A stretch of 48,257 bases of DNA, filler included, from Sphacelaria rigidula (Eukaryota), in the NCBI GenBank assembly GCA_964200075.2. It is 2 parts of 2 records of this genome, joined end to end, with 100 filler letters (N's around TTAATTAATTAA, not from the genome) between each part and the next. Parts side by side here need not be neighbours in the genome. Positions count along the whole stretch, not along the records: positions 1 to 24,087 come from CAXNAA020000227.1; 1 more part is not named here. One strand, 5' to 3'. A program made the translations under genes and the position numbers. The notes under the pieces were generated by a model that worked only from the letters and a program-made list of their open reading frames with translations, ran no database searches and was not told where the DNA came from. Each line of letters starts with the position of its first letter. Positions within the stretch are counted from its first letter, which is position 1. Shown one piece after another: positions 1 through 12,700 of the stretch.

Positions 1-555
1 GGTACTCCAGAAAAACTCAGAAAAAAGGACGACTACGAATTCTGAAAACTTCTGACGCTGACTACTATATACCTCCCCCAAAGGCAAGACCGTCACAAAA
101 TATCGAAACCATTTGCAACCCAGAGGTACGAGAGATTATGGACGATTGGTATGCACACAAAAAGTGTTTGTCGTGTCGGGATTCGAACACGTGATCTGTG
201 TAATTTGAGGCTGTTGTATCAGTTTGACCACGGGGTGACACAAAAAGTGCGACGCGAAGCCCAATTTGACGTTTTTGGCTGAAACGTTACGAGGGTGTGG
301 TTCACGCGAGTGCCAGTACGTGCCGGAACGTTGTCATCGTTTTCATCAATTTTTGAGGAAGTTATAGCATTTTTCCTGTTTGTGGCGAAACCTCAACTCG
401 CTCTAACTTCCCGTTTTTTTTTTCCCGTGACAACCCTTACAGGGTCGCGCGGATTGATAATGGAAATGTGTCAAAATTTCAGAGCCTGACTCTTCGAATT
501 GCCATAGCATCTCCCTTCTTCGTTTAAAAATCACTGATGGCCGGCCCAGCTCGTA
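1..555. mobile_element. Right end of a non-autonomous TIR element (Tc1/mariner-like MITE), cut by the window start
   Basis: Ends in GCCGGCCCAGCTCG|TA (540-555), preceded by TGTCAAAATTTCAG. The same two motifs end the element at 26579-27190, which has a matching left TIR. Confidence 0.5.
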
Positions 556-624
556 CTTGTTTCACTTATATTCGATACAGAAAGCAGTACAGTGCTGCCT
601 GTACCGTGTACTGTATATGTTTCG

Positions 625-865
625 TACAATGTGCAGGCAGGATGTGAAGAAGATTTGAATCACGTGCAGATTTGTACTGCCTCTCCTGTCCATGAGCGTG
701 TACGCAGTTCGGTCGCCCACCCAAACACGCAATTCGTTCGCTGGACCCCATCACAATTTCAGATGCCAAGTCAAGAGGGTGATGGTGTCTTCCCCACGAC
801 TGCAGTGTACGTATCCCTATGCTCAATTCGTGATCCATGCTGCAGGGTTGCGTTGGTAGCTGCGA
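625..865. repeat. Dispersed repeat, copy 1 (copy 2 at 7180-7415)
   Basis: Shares blocks CTGTCCATGAGCGTG.ACGCA, CTGCAGTGTA and ATGCTGCAGGGTTGCG..TGGTAGCTG, in the same order, with 7180-7415. Confidence 0.7.
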
Positions 866-1924
866 ATTAACCACGTGGGGTTTGCATGTTCTGTGAAAGG
901 TGGGTATCTGGTATGATCGTCTCCAAGACAGGAGTCATGTGCCCCTTTGCTCTCTTCCGCCGCGTGTTTTCGACCGGAAAAGCCAAGCATTCCTGTTTTT
1001 CACTTTGGCCGTCGCGCGCAAATAATTGTAAAATTGACTTGAAGCCCTCTAAGAACACAAATAGCGTGGACATACCAGATACAAGCAATCATTGCGACAC
1101 CCCCCCACACATGGACCGAGATGGATTATGCCACATATGGGGTTCAGAACAGCTCTTTTCTCGCGAGACAAAACGCTTTTTTTCATAATCACGTAGATGC
1201 TGTGCATCTGTATAGGAAAGGGTTGCGGATGAACCCTGGCCGGTTTTGACCGTCCAGGCCATAATACCGCGCAGAGCCACCATGTGCGCGGTATGTCTCC
1301 GCTGGATATAACGGCTAAAAATAGTTAGGGAGCCATCGCTCTCCACTCCAGACAATTTACTGCATGCTGCTGATGCCTTTGCTTGGTTTTCCACAACACT
1401 GCAGACAGTGTGAAACTATGCTGGCAACACATGAGGCGTCAACCAGGCGTCGAAGACCTCGAGTAGCGTACAAAACGCGTGTTTGAACGCATGTCCCTTG
1501 TGGTTGAATTGCCATGACCAAAATGATAAATAGCGCTATACAGCGAAGTAGTCCACATGTAGTCCACCGGTAGGGGTAGGACGTGCTCATTCTGACGGCC
1601 GTGATTGGTCAGAATGGTAATTCCGCGCCTCTCTGGCCTCGTTCCTGGCTGTGAATTTTCTGCGGGAAACTTCCAAATACACATGGTTGACCTGGTGAGC
1701 TTCCCGACTGATCTGCGAGTTCCCCCCCCGCCCCTTCCCCCGTCAGAAACCACCTTCCCTGTCCACTGGACAACCCCCGGATGTCTCTGGACTGTCAACC
1801 TGTGAAACTAACCCGAGGCGACGCTCGCTGTGCAAGGGTCAACGCTTCAGGCCCCCAAAGAGTTGAACAAATCGAGGATATATTAATTGTTCGGCGCAAA
1901 ACTTTTACGTTCGTTCGTGTGAGT

Positions 1925-2266
1925 GTTGAGTGTTGTGTTTTGTCATCTAGTCTGTTCTGGACGCCAATCTACACCGTTCGGCAGTTGCGGCCACGCGGGA
2001 GTAAGGTCAACACAGGAGTTCCTTGTTTTTAGTACTTTACCTTCCTTCTGCGGTACTTCCCTTCTTCATCGCGAGAACAGTTCAGCGGTTCCTTTGCATC
2101 GTCGACCGTGACGTCGAATTTTGTGCACCCACGGCATAGGCACTCTTAAATGTTCAACATGATGTGACAAAAAGTCCCAGATCGTGTGCCTTCACCGAGA
2201 TTCGACGTCACGTCCCGAACGCCAGAGGGTTACGACTTTACCAACCGAGCCATCAGGGCGACCGGC
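1925..2266 (-). mobile_element. tRNA-derived SINE-like element
   Basis: Minus-strand head GCCGGTCGCCCTGATGGCTCGGTTGG (A-box-like) ... GTCGAATCTCGG (B-box-like). The body (GGGAGTAAG.TCAACACAGGAG, CCTTCCTTCTGCGGT, TCGTCGAC.GT...AATTTT.TG.ACCCACG) recurs at 16256-16560. Confidence 0.7.
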
Positions 2267-3695
2267 GCCCGCGTATGGACTATTTCCTCGTATCACCTGA
2301 ACAGGCCCACACCGTATTTCAGGCTTTCAGGTAACATCCCCACAGAGGGGATCTTCTTTCATTCGTGACCGAAACTAATATTCGCACTACACCCACCACA
2401 ACTTGTCGGTAACTCTTCCAAGGGTAACGAACGGTCGTGGCCTCTCGTCTTGTGGGGGAAAATAGCTGATATTGTTGGTCTGGGCTGCTGTGGAGAACTG
2501 CAATTTGGATCGTGCCCTCCCCCCGTTCCTCACAACGCAGGAAGGTATTTGATGAGCGAAATGATACAAAAAATCAGAGTGGGTTAAGGGTGCACACGAA
2601 CGATGCTCCTCGAGGAAAAATACAAAATAGTTACTCTGCTCTAGCCAACCAAGATGCGCAGCAGTGAGTGGAAAGGTGCCTTGTCGGCATGTACTGACTG
2701 ACTGTTTTGTATTCCCAGGGCATCCGCCGCCAAACAGAGATCACCATGGTTCATGATGGGACTACGTGGTGCACAGAAAACTGTACTGTATTCACTTGTT
2801 CTGTCGTACTGAACATAACAGGGCACGACAGGCACAGTCGTACATTCGAGAGTGCAGAGAAGAGAAAGAGTAAAGAGTTGGTTGACTTAGAAAAATGGAA
2901 CATCAGCGGGTGACACTGTGCGTACTTTATGTTGAACTTTTTGTATCCTTCTCCTTTCCCCCCTTCCCCCGTTCCTTCCACTCTGCCACCCATGATGCAC
3001 GACAAAAATTGAATACCAAGAGTACATGCGAGGCACCGCAGGAACTGCATGGTAGGCTGGGGGCCTGCTGACGTTTCCAGGGAACCCAGTGGTTCATACT
3101 CGTTCGTCATACATATCCTGTAGATTACAAACGTCCTCATCGTGTCTGTCCTATGAATTACCGGACGGAGACAGCGGCACCTTTTCATCAAGGTACCAAA
3201 AACTGGAGTAAGTCGCAGATTCCGCAATGCGCTGGGCTTGATCTTGAAGGAGTGCAAATCAAAATAATACGCCTACACAGTCCACAGTCATGACTTACAT
3301 GAGAGCGGCCCGGAGCAGTGGGTACACCTTCCTCGACTGAAACACTTTGTCACACGAGTGCGGGTGTCTCTCCGTGAATAAACATATATATATATATACA
3401 TAAGCATCATATCACGATTGTATAAAATCAAATATATACCTTATATTAATGACCAAATGTGTTTTATTTTTTATGGGTTCTACAGTCGAACCGACTCTTG
3501 GTTCTTGAATTGTATAGAGGCATTTTGGGTTCGCTGGAAATGCTTGTTTCCTCCCTTTCTTCCACCCGGCCTCTTCCTTCCCTCTTCTCTGTTGACCCAG
3601 CCGTTGTGCTCTCCTCATCTCGCACCCGCCTCTTTTTTTTTGGCGCCCATCTCCGAAGGCTCTCTTCCACACACGTTCTTAAACCACACTCAAGC

Positions 3696-3770
3696 ATGGG
3701 TCAGGTGGTAGCTCTCTGTACCAGCGACGAGACAGAGGATGTGGGCTACAACAAGAACACGGTAGAGAAG
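3696..3770 (+). CDS. Exon 1 of SH3-like gene (MGQVVALC...NTVEK)
   Basis: ATG at 3696 after a pyrimidine-rich tract; donor AAG|GTGAGA, phase 0. Confidence 0.65.
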
Positions 3771-6700
3771 GTGAGAATCAGCGATGCCCCCCAGTGTAGG
3801 GTTCTCACTTTCTTCTTGTCATCCCATCTGCATCATATTTTTTCCTGCGATGAAGACAGGGATGAGATGACATGCATAAAGACCAAGTCAGCTCTTCCCG
3901 GGGGGGAATAGGTTCAGCACACGAGATGTGCAATGCTGTGTGTTCCAAAAGAGAGTATTTTTTCACAACAGTTCTTTTAGCTTGGACCGGTTCAAGCAGG
4001 TGTCGGTACAAGTGCTTAGGATGAGTGCGTTGTATACGTGAGACTGTTCCTTGGTAGCTCACTTTACAGTCAGCACAGCCTCGTTCATCGCGTATTTTCT
4101 TGCATTTTCTGCACCCGATATTTTGTGGTCAACAACCCACAGGTCGAATATTTTATGAAGAGACCGTATACATGAGCGCACCATGGACGAAATGAAGAGA
4201 GCTGGGCTGTAGCCCATCTCGCGTACGTTGCGTTCGTCTCGTGTATTATACAACGACAAATTCCCGACACAACAACATTGCAGTGCAACAGCTTACTCCG
4301 TTGGTCTGGACCCTGGATGCAAGGGATGATACCGGTGTTGATCTATTGATTGTCGCACATTAACTGATCCCCGAAGGACCCAGCCGTCGTCATAAGATGG
4401 AAGTGCACAAGGCCCAAGGTGAACAAGACGGAAACGAATGGAAACGTTCATCAAGGACGAAAGTGGAGGAGGAACGACAGAGATTCAACAAACGAAATGA
4501 GTATACTGAGACACTGAGAGCAACGCAGGGTACTATGCATGTCTCTCGTGTTCCATGTCCCGATGGATCGAATAGTGGCTTCACCCTTCTGCACTATTCA
4601 TTGTTCAGTGTTGTCAGAAGTTGGTCGGTGGAGAATCTGGTTTTGGACCAAATTTGGACTCGTATATTATCATGATGTATATTCCGTTCATCGGATGTAC
4701 GATGTTGGACCGCTACGTTACGTGAGCAGCTGGCACTATTTTCTGTCTGTGTGACTGTTTGAGGTGAAAACGACACTGCAGGCTCGCACATGTCTGCATG
4801 TACGCAGCGTGGGTCATGCTTATCTCTAGTCCGGCACTGTGTTACAGAACGTTTCCACATCCCCTCAGCGTTTGTTGTATCCCTGTGTACAATCCTAAGC
4901 AGTGGTGAAAGAAGCAGATGGGAAAGGGGCACAAGCGTACTAGTTGACTGTACACAAGTGCAGCTCGCCAACAGGGAACTAAAGCGAGGATGCCCACACT
5001 GGGGTTAACTGGACAGACGCTTTGCGAACCGGCTACGAGGCATGTGCCGGTACTCCCCGCAGCGCATACCCTCTCTTCTATTTCCGTTCTTCGTTGCTCT
5101 ACGCAACAGTATAATTCGAGGTAGTTTAGTCTTGCGCGGTGGACGTGGCAAAAATGAATTCCAATTCAGTTGTCGGGGCTGTGGTTCTCCACCTGAACTC
5201 CTTTTTCTCATGTGTCTGTCCCTCGTGTCGTGGTTGTTTCAGCGCATTGACTGCACGTGTTCTTTCTGATGAAGCATTTCCTTGTTAAGAACAAGAGGCT
5301 CGTTTTTCCGTGATGAAAAACAAGTTGGACGTGGGAACCGGACTGAATTTTTTTGTTCATGCCCACTTCCCGCCACCTACTGTTTCTACAAGAGAGATGC
5401 TGCATGTGCATGTTTCGGGCGTCATGTATGTTGTCGAAGGTATGCTTGTATTCGGCGAGGCCGGAAAATGAATTTTTTAAAGCCTCGAGTCAAGGACAAG
5501 TATCTTTCAATACTCGGCCTCTGCTGGCTCTTCAATCGAAGCAATCAAGAACAGAAGGAAAACCTGATTGCCCTATGGTCGCAACCGCAGTCCAAGTGTA
5601 CAGGTGGTACCCCCATTATACGTTTGAGCAACGAGTTGCAACACGTCTGGAGTCCAAGTGCAGACTCCAGGCCAACGTCCTGTCACCTACCTACACGAAA
5701 CTGTACCTGCGTACTGGGGGTTTCCGGTGCGTGTCCATTTTCTCCGATCACCGTTGATCGTACTCTAAGTGCATTGGATCGTCATCGTTTTCACCCCAAA
5801 AACGATAGCGTACGAAGCCGGACGGCCCAACTGACCCTCATTCCACCGTTTGACCTCGTGAGAATTTTCCACTTGTTCTCCAAGTGATGCATTGTCGACT
5901 CGTGAACAACCTACCCGGCTGTGAAAGGGTTCACCCTGGGTTCGAGCACTGGCAGACAGATGGACATCTGAGTCTGTTGGTCATCTATCAAGTCAAGATG
6001 ATGCCAATCGAACGGGTCAGCTCTTTTGTGTGAAGTTTCGATATTCACTGCAGCCGGCGTGGGAATGGTACCATGTGAGCTTTTCAAAGTATCCCTAGGC
6101 TGAGTTGTTGTTGTTGTCTTCACATCAAAAACCGTTCCGATATCTGCGCAATCCTCTGTGCTGTTTTGTATAATTTATATTGTTGTCGCTCCTGCCTCGG
6201 TTACATGAGATTCTGCCGGCCGTGGGGTTTCATCGTTCCCGGATTCACTTATGTTCTGCATCCAGAGAATAATTCTGCATCGATCGGTTCATTCCGGCAA
6301 TAAAGGTACATTCCGAGGCTGTTGACGCAAGACAGGCACGGGAAGTTGGCCGAGAGCTCCCCGTGGGACAAGTACATTTGGTTGTTTCATGAAAATGAAG
6401 AATTGGTCTCGATGCTACAAAAGGATTTGAATCTTTACAAGGCTGACTCAAGCGCTCCATTCACGCGTTTTTTTTCTCAATTTTTCTGAAATGGGCTCTG
6501 CGGGCGCCCCTTCGATTTGAGCCTTCTATAGTCCACAGTCCGTGCCCACACCAGACATCCCCGTGCCATTGATTTTTCGGGCTGCGCGGGGTTGAGCTCG
6601 GAAATTCAGTAGTTTCAAGTATAGTCAGCCCAATTTCCCGTCAACATGCAAGACACGAACACCTTCGATCATGCAAAGCATGGAGTGGAGACCACTTCGG

Positions 6701-9700
6701 GCGTTGTGCATCTTTGTCTACTTACTGTCTGTAACTAGATCCAGCCGAGCCGCTTCCCTTTTCCCTGATTCCGTCGAAGACAGCCCATGAACACTTGAGA
6801 TGCATTTGACGTTTTGTCACGTGCCCTCTCTTGTCTCGGACAGGGACATCCTTCCGACCTTCCCCTACGAGTACAAGTACTTTCAGGGCGTATCTTGGCG
6901 CGTGTTTTTTTTATCGCGAAAAAGGGGCGGTGGAATCGATTTAAACGAAATTTCCTCGTTTGGATGCAGTTGGGTCCAGACAGATTTTCAAGCTTTCAAT
7001 CGAAAAAAGACGGCGAAATTCGTGAAACGGCACATGGTCGCTCGTGTACAGTACAGACAGTCTGCACTGGTTGCAAGCAGTGTCTTGAGTGCGTGTGTGC
7101 GTGTTTCGTGCAGGAGCATATAGCAGAGAGGCGGGCAACGTGCAGTGCAGATATCACATAACTATCAGTTCTCTCGGCCTACAATGCGACGTGAAGAGAA
7201 CTTCAGCAACGTTCAGCTTCGTGCTGCCTGCACTGTCCATGAGCGTGCACGCAACTCGGTTGCCCACCATACCACGCAGTTCCGTCGCTGATCCCCACGA
7301 TGAGAGTAGATGCGCAAGTTTTTGCCGACAAAATTAAAGCACACCCAACCACTGCAGTGTATCTATCCCAGGGCTCAGCTCATGCTCTATGCTGCAGGGT
7401 TGCGGTGTGGTAGCTGAGAATGAGTTGGATGAGGTTGTATAATGATGGCGTGTGTTGAACTTTTTTTTTTCGATCGGAAAAGTGCGGTCGATTTTTTTTA
7501 CACCCATCTGATAGGTCCACCACATTCATGTTCCCAGAAGACTTCAACACAAATTGTAATTAGCGGCGTGCGGAGATGAGTGCTTTTATGTAGAAAACCA
7601 TATTTTTTTATCGAAAACATGCGGTCGAAAGGCACGAAGCGGCACTTGACTCCAACCCTGAAGATCACGACGCCAGATAACACCTGTTTACAGGACCATG
7701 CAAACCCCATCCGAACCTGGGGATGTGCCACACCTCCGAGGGCCTCGTGTTGGTAGTCATCCGCCATCGTTTTTTTCAAGGGGAACGGGGAAAACGTTGA
7801 AATATTCCCATTTCAGGGAAAGAGCGGAAACATGCAAGGACTCGTGAAGAAATTCTAAAAAACAGTAATCTCAGACCAGTGCGGTGCATAGCTGTCTTGA
7901 ATCTGAAGGCGCGTAGGGTGTCTATTCGTTTAATAACATCATGCTTCTCGAAAAATGACTCATCAGCTTCGTGTGTCGACTCACAGGTTACAAAAATAAC
8001 ACCTTTCGCCGTCACCCCCTTGTTGTTGTTGCTGTTGTTGTCTTTACACCCCCTTGCCAGCTGAAGTTGCATGGAGAGGAATTGATATAACATCATCTTC
8101 GCAAAACGCGCCTCCTTGCTTTGTTCGATATTCAGCACCCGTATGTATTGATGGTAAACATGAGTGTCCACGAACCCCCAGCGGTGTACCCAGTCGATAA
8201 TGGTGCTGCATAAGGGCGTGTGTGCTCGGTATCAGTTTTTCTTTGTGCACCTCTCTCGGTTACATGGGATGAGGTGCGTGTATCGACAACTGCTTCAAAT
8301 CGTACTTCATCCTCGCGATGTGTTTTCCATTCGCTGTATCTTCAACATGCCTTAGGAACAAACTTCGGGCTGGCCCAGCGAAACCCGAAAGACATTTAGT
8401 CGCCAACCGTTTCTCACGCGGTTTCAAGAATTGAACGAAAATTCACACACGTTCCTAAAATTAAGGACGATGTCGCCAGTGCTTCTTCTGTGTGAGTTTC
8501 CGTGGTCTTCACCGGTTTCTGTAGTAGGGGTCGCTGGGGTATCCGTGGTATTGGACCCCTGAAAACAAAGCAATGACAATGTGCCGGTTGTTGAGGGTCC
8601 CTCGTCGTGTCCGCGGTATTGGACCCCTGAAAACATGTTGAGCCGATGGAAACTTTCGAAAAATCGAGCCGTACGATTTGGCCAGCCTGGAAGCGCCTCT
8701 GTGGTTTGCATCGCGTTTCGAATTGGCTCATTTTTTAGGATAGTGCTTTGATTTGCGATGTAAAAAAATGCAAGGGTAAGGTAAGGAAGCACACAGCTAG
8801 ACCTCATGATTTTATTCTCCATGAGTTGAAGACGGTCATGAACAATGTACAGTCCTTGTCCTCAATTCACGAGAAGTAAAGTCTTGATGTCTTGGCCCAA
8901 GGAGCCTTCCAGACTGGAATACGTCACGCGGCCCCCCTCCCCGTCCCCAGAAGCGATCGAGAATAAGGGAATCAAAGAAGATAATAAAGAAACCTTTTTC
9001 TTGTTTCTTCGCCAGAGTACGGAATTAAACCGTACCTTCACCACGATGCTGGCCTCTCCCCGAGCAGCCGAAAACCGAGAAGTTTGAGCATTTCAGTTGT
9101 TCTATCGGCCGGAAGGAAGATAACTTGCCGGTTACATGATGACTTTTTTAGTCAAGGTGATACCAAAGGTGAACATTTGTAGGCCGCTCCAATCAGGCAT
9201 ACAAGAAGAAGGCGTGAGCATGCTTTTTCGGTCCTTCTCCGTTTTACGAAAAGAAGTGTCATTTTTATTTGGACTTGACCGTCTCTGAGGGCTTTTCTCA
9301 GCACATGAGTTTTTGATCGAAAAAGTGCGGTGAAAAACAAAAATCCTTATGTAATAGATGATGATTTCAACCATTTTCAAAATTAACGACGATGATTGAA
9401 ATTACGACCCATCAGATCGGGATTTTTGCTTTCCACCGCACAATTTCGACCGAAAACTGATTTGTGAGACAGGGCCTGAGCAAAAATCCTTGTTCGACCA
9501 AAATATGTACTGCGCCTACTTGAAACGCCGAGATATCCTGGAACAGTCTCCACGAGTACAGAAGGGCATTTCATGGTTTCCAACTCCGCCTAACTCTCTT
9601 CGAGGGCGTAAGACGACAAAGAAGGGCAAAGAAGAATGTTGACATGACTTTTTTTCTGGTTGCCGTAAGGAGAGGCCCTGATCAATGAAATATATGGAAT

Positions 9701-12700
9701 TTAATATAGAAACTTCTGCATACCCCATCTTTGATGGATGATTATCTATCAATGGCAAGATATCTGGCCAGGCTTTTGAGGAAATGGACATCCGCCCCTC
9801 AGTTGCACGACTCACAAGGTGTGCGGATCACGACCCAATTCATCTGCCCTGATGAGATACGCTTTGGTGACGGTTCGATATCGGTTTTAGGTTGCCCCAG
9901 CCAGTGGCGACCTCGCGCTCACCTGTGTGTGATGGTCCCTCGTCTTTCCTGAAATGTTGAGCCCTAACCCTGGTTTCAGAGAAATTTTCCGACTGACTGT
10001 CCCGTGGAAGAATTTATTCGAATGGGGATCATTTCCCATTCGGGGGATTCGGATGACGTGAACTGAGTACTAGAATCAAGGTGATAACAGTTGAGCCCAC
10101 TCACCTGCTGTGAGACTTGGGCCCGGTGGGTGGACTCTGGGCGCCAGAGCGGGAACCGAGCATAGTTGTGTAACGTGTTCCCTGCTCCACTTCAGCCTGA
10201 CGTTCGCTGCTGAGTGCCATGGTAGCCGCAAGTTTGCGTGCGAGGAATGAATTTCCAGGTAGAGCATGTATCACGATCCATCAAAATCCATTTTTCAGGC
10301 GAATCATGCCAGGAGCTCGAAGGAAGGCAGAAAAAAAAGATGCGATTGGCCCATGATTTGGGCTCGTGATTCGCGAAGCATTACTTGTGACGTCTGCTCT
10401 TCTCACCCGTGATTTATACAGCATTTATAGAGCGCACGGTAGTAGCATCAAACACTTGGATCAGTGTCGACTCTTGTCGCTCCCTGTCGCACAAGGGGCT
10501 CTTTATTGGCCTGGCTATTTTACGAGGGTTGGGAATAGTTCTGCTGACGAGCGACAACGCCCACTCCTCCACGGCTTAGTCCGCCGGGTCGTTGCCAACC
10601 GTTATCTCGTGTTGCCAGATCGACACGGGTAATACCTGCCGTTTACACGGCGAAAATCAAGCGTACAGGTTTCTCACTCGCCACTTGTTGCCTATTCACG
10701 ACCCGCTGCCCTGTGTGAAGAATTTTGTACCGGGTTGCTTCACCAGACTGAAGCTGGGGATGGTAAAACTCTTCGAGCGCCCAGGTGGGTGATTTGTTGG
10801 ATCCGCATCATTTACACTTGAAAATACGGTGAAAAATTGCCGATTCAACCGATCACTCACCCTGGAAGTGAAGGTGTTTCATCGTTGTCATCCCCTGGGG
10901 TGAACGGTGTGTTGAATGAGCGTCAGTCACAGTTGAAAACATATAGTGAATTACGCCGATTCAACAGGTCGCCTGCCCTGGCGGTTCAAAGGTCAACTCG
11001 AATTAATATTGCAAGAACCCGACGAACCACTTTTGCGGGCGAAGGGGTGCCCTCACTTTGAAAATATCAATACGCCGCGGTTGTTGCTGTTCTGTTGTGG
11101 AGTGTTCACTCAGTGCCTCAGCTCTTGAACTCCTCACTGTCTTCCCGTCCATACAAGCCGGGCACGCTCAGCCTGGAACGGGGCGACTTCAAAAGCAAAC
11201 CGTTGTCGGCCCTCGTATACTTCAGTTCTTCTCGTGCTTTTCCGTCATTCATGTCGACGGCAATTCTCGGCCAACGTGCTGATTTTGTTTCGATTTCATT
11301 CAGACGATTTGAACACACGCCCTGCAGTTCTGTTCCGCTGCTCACAGAGCGCTCGACACGCAATAGCGTATAGCCTCCAGAGTAGTAGGAAGTGCTACGA
11401 AAGAAGAGGCCGTTCCAGTGATGCCAGCCTCAATCTACGCGAGATTTTGGTTCGGTGGCTATCGATTTGCACCAATTCAAAACAAGTTTCTGTGCAAGCA
11501 CGTAAGAGGAAGCGTGGGGTTCTTCAAAACGACTTTCTTCCTGTCCGACCCCGGCTGTTGCGCCCATATATAATTCCTCTGTCTCATGAGTCCGTGCCGT
11601 TATGTTTGTATGAGTGGTGAACGATCTCCGATTTGAGTTTCGATTTTTTGGTTGCATTCCTTGGCGTTTCTTGAGCTACAAACCGTACTCGCTCTGCAAC
11701 GTGGGTGCTTGACCCGTGCAGCCTCGCGACCGAGAAAAAATGGGTCGATCAAAATATGGCTATTTTTCGCTTTTTTACCCTGTAAAGCATAACGGACCCG
11801 GGAATCGCGAAAAACCGTGAAAAACATATGAAAACCGCAAAACCACCACTGATTTGGATATCTCCGTGACGTGAACCTACGCACGCCCCATCTACCAAAT
11901 ATTCAGCGTGTAATCCCTAGTACTCGACGTAAAAACGTTCAGAATCGGTCAACAGTGGGGTGTACGTGGACCAAAAAGGGCCTGAATGGGGTATATTTCG
12001 GCCTGATTTTAGTATTGAAAACAAGTTTTTTTTTTTCTCTTCTTTTCTTGAGTCAGCTTCGTCTGTGCGTCATTTCTCTAACAAACCCAACTGTAGGATG
12101 ATCGTCAGCGTTGAAATACCCAAACGACCAAGCGTCCATAACAGCACAGACTTATGAGACAGAGGAAGTATACCGAAATGTGTAAACTAGCGCCCAGGAT
12201 ACATTGGATGACAACACACACGTGGTGGGTTGTCAGAAGTGGTTGTGCTTACAGGAAGTTCTCAGCTACAGGCCGGGCCGCCTAAGAAGCGGATTTTCCT
12301 TTAGTCGATTCTAACTGACGATCTATCGCGAGTTGTGCCTACTATGACACATCGTAATAATCTGCAAATCAACGCGCGTCTTTCACTTCAAGTAGCACTG
12401 CGATCTGATGAGTTCCCATCAAACGAAATACCAAACGGTAGTCAGCTGCGAAGTGTAGACAGTTGAGGGTAGCATGTGCGGAGGAATTAGGGGGGAAAAA
12501 CGGCTGAAACCGCATTTACGGTTACAGTCGGTTGTGCCGCGACCGCAAAGTGATGGTGCCGCACAAGTTATGGTTTTCCAACAATACATGTCGTACTGTA
12601 AGCACGCAGTGCCTGAAATGACACGTACGAGACCTCCAGCGCCCCAAGGCGTCGCGCCTGTAGAGGACGTCAAAGTTCCGGCTGACTTATTGTACTTTAG

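Noticed and set aside
170..240. tRNA gene (minus-strand GTTCGAATCCC B-box)
   Set aside because: No cloverleaf or convincing A-box; lies inside a TIR element.
7776..8171. 131-aa minus-strand ORF as a gene or transposase
   Set aside because: No recognisable motif; intronic and repeat-like context.
8547..8635. CRISPR-like direct repeat GGTATTGGACCCCTGAAAACA
   Set aside because: Only two copies, eukaryotic intron, no cas genes.
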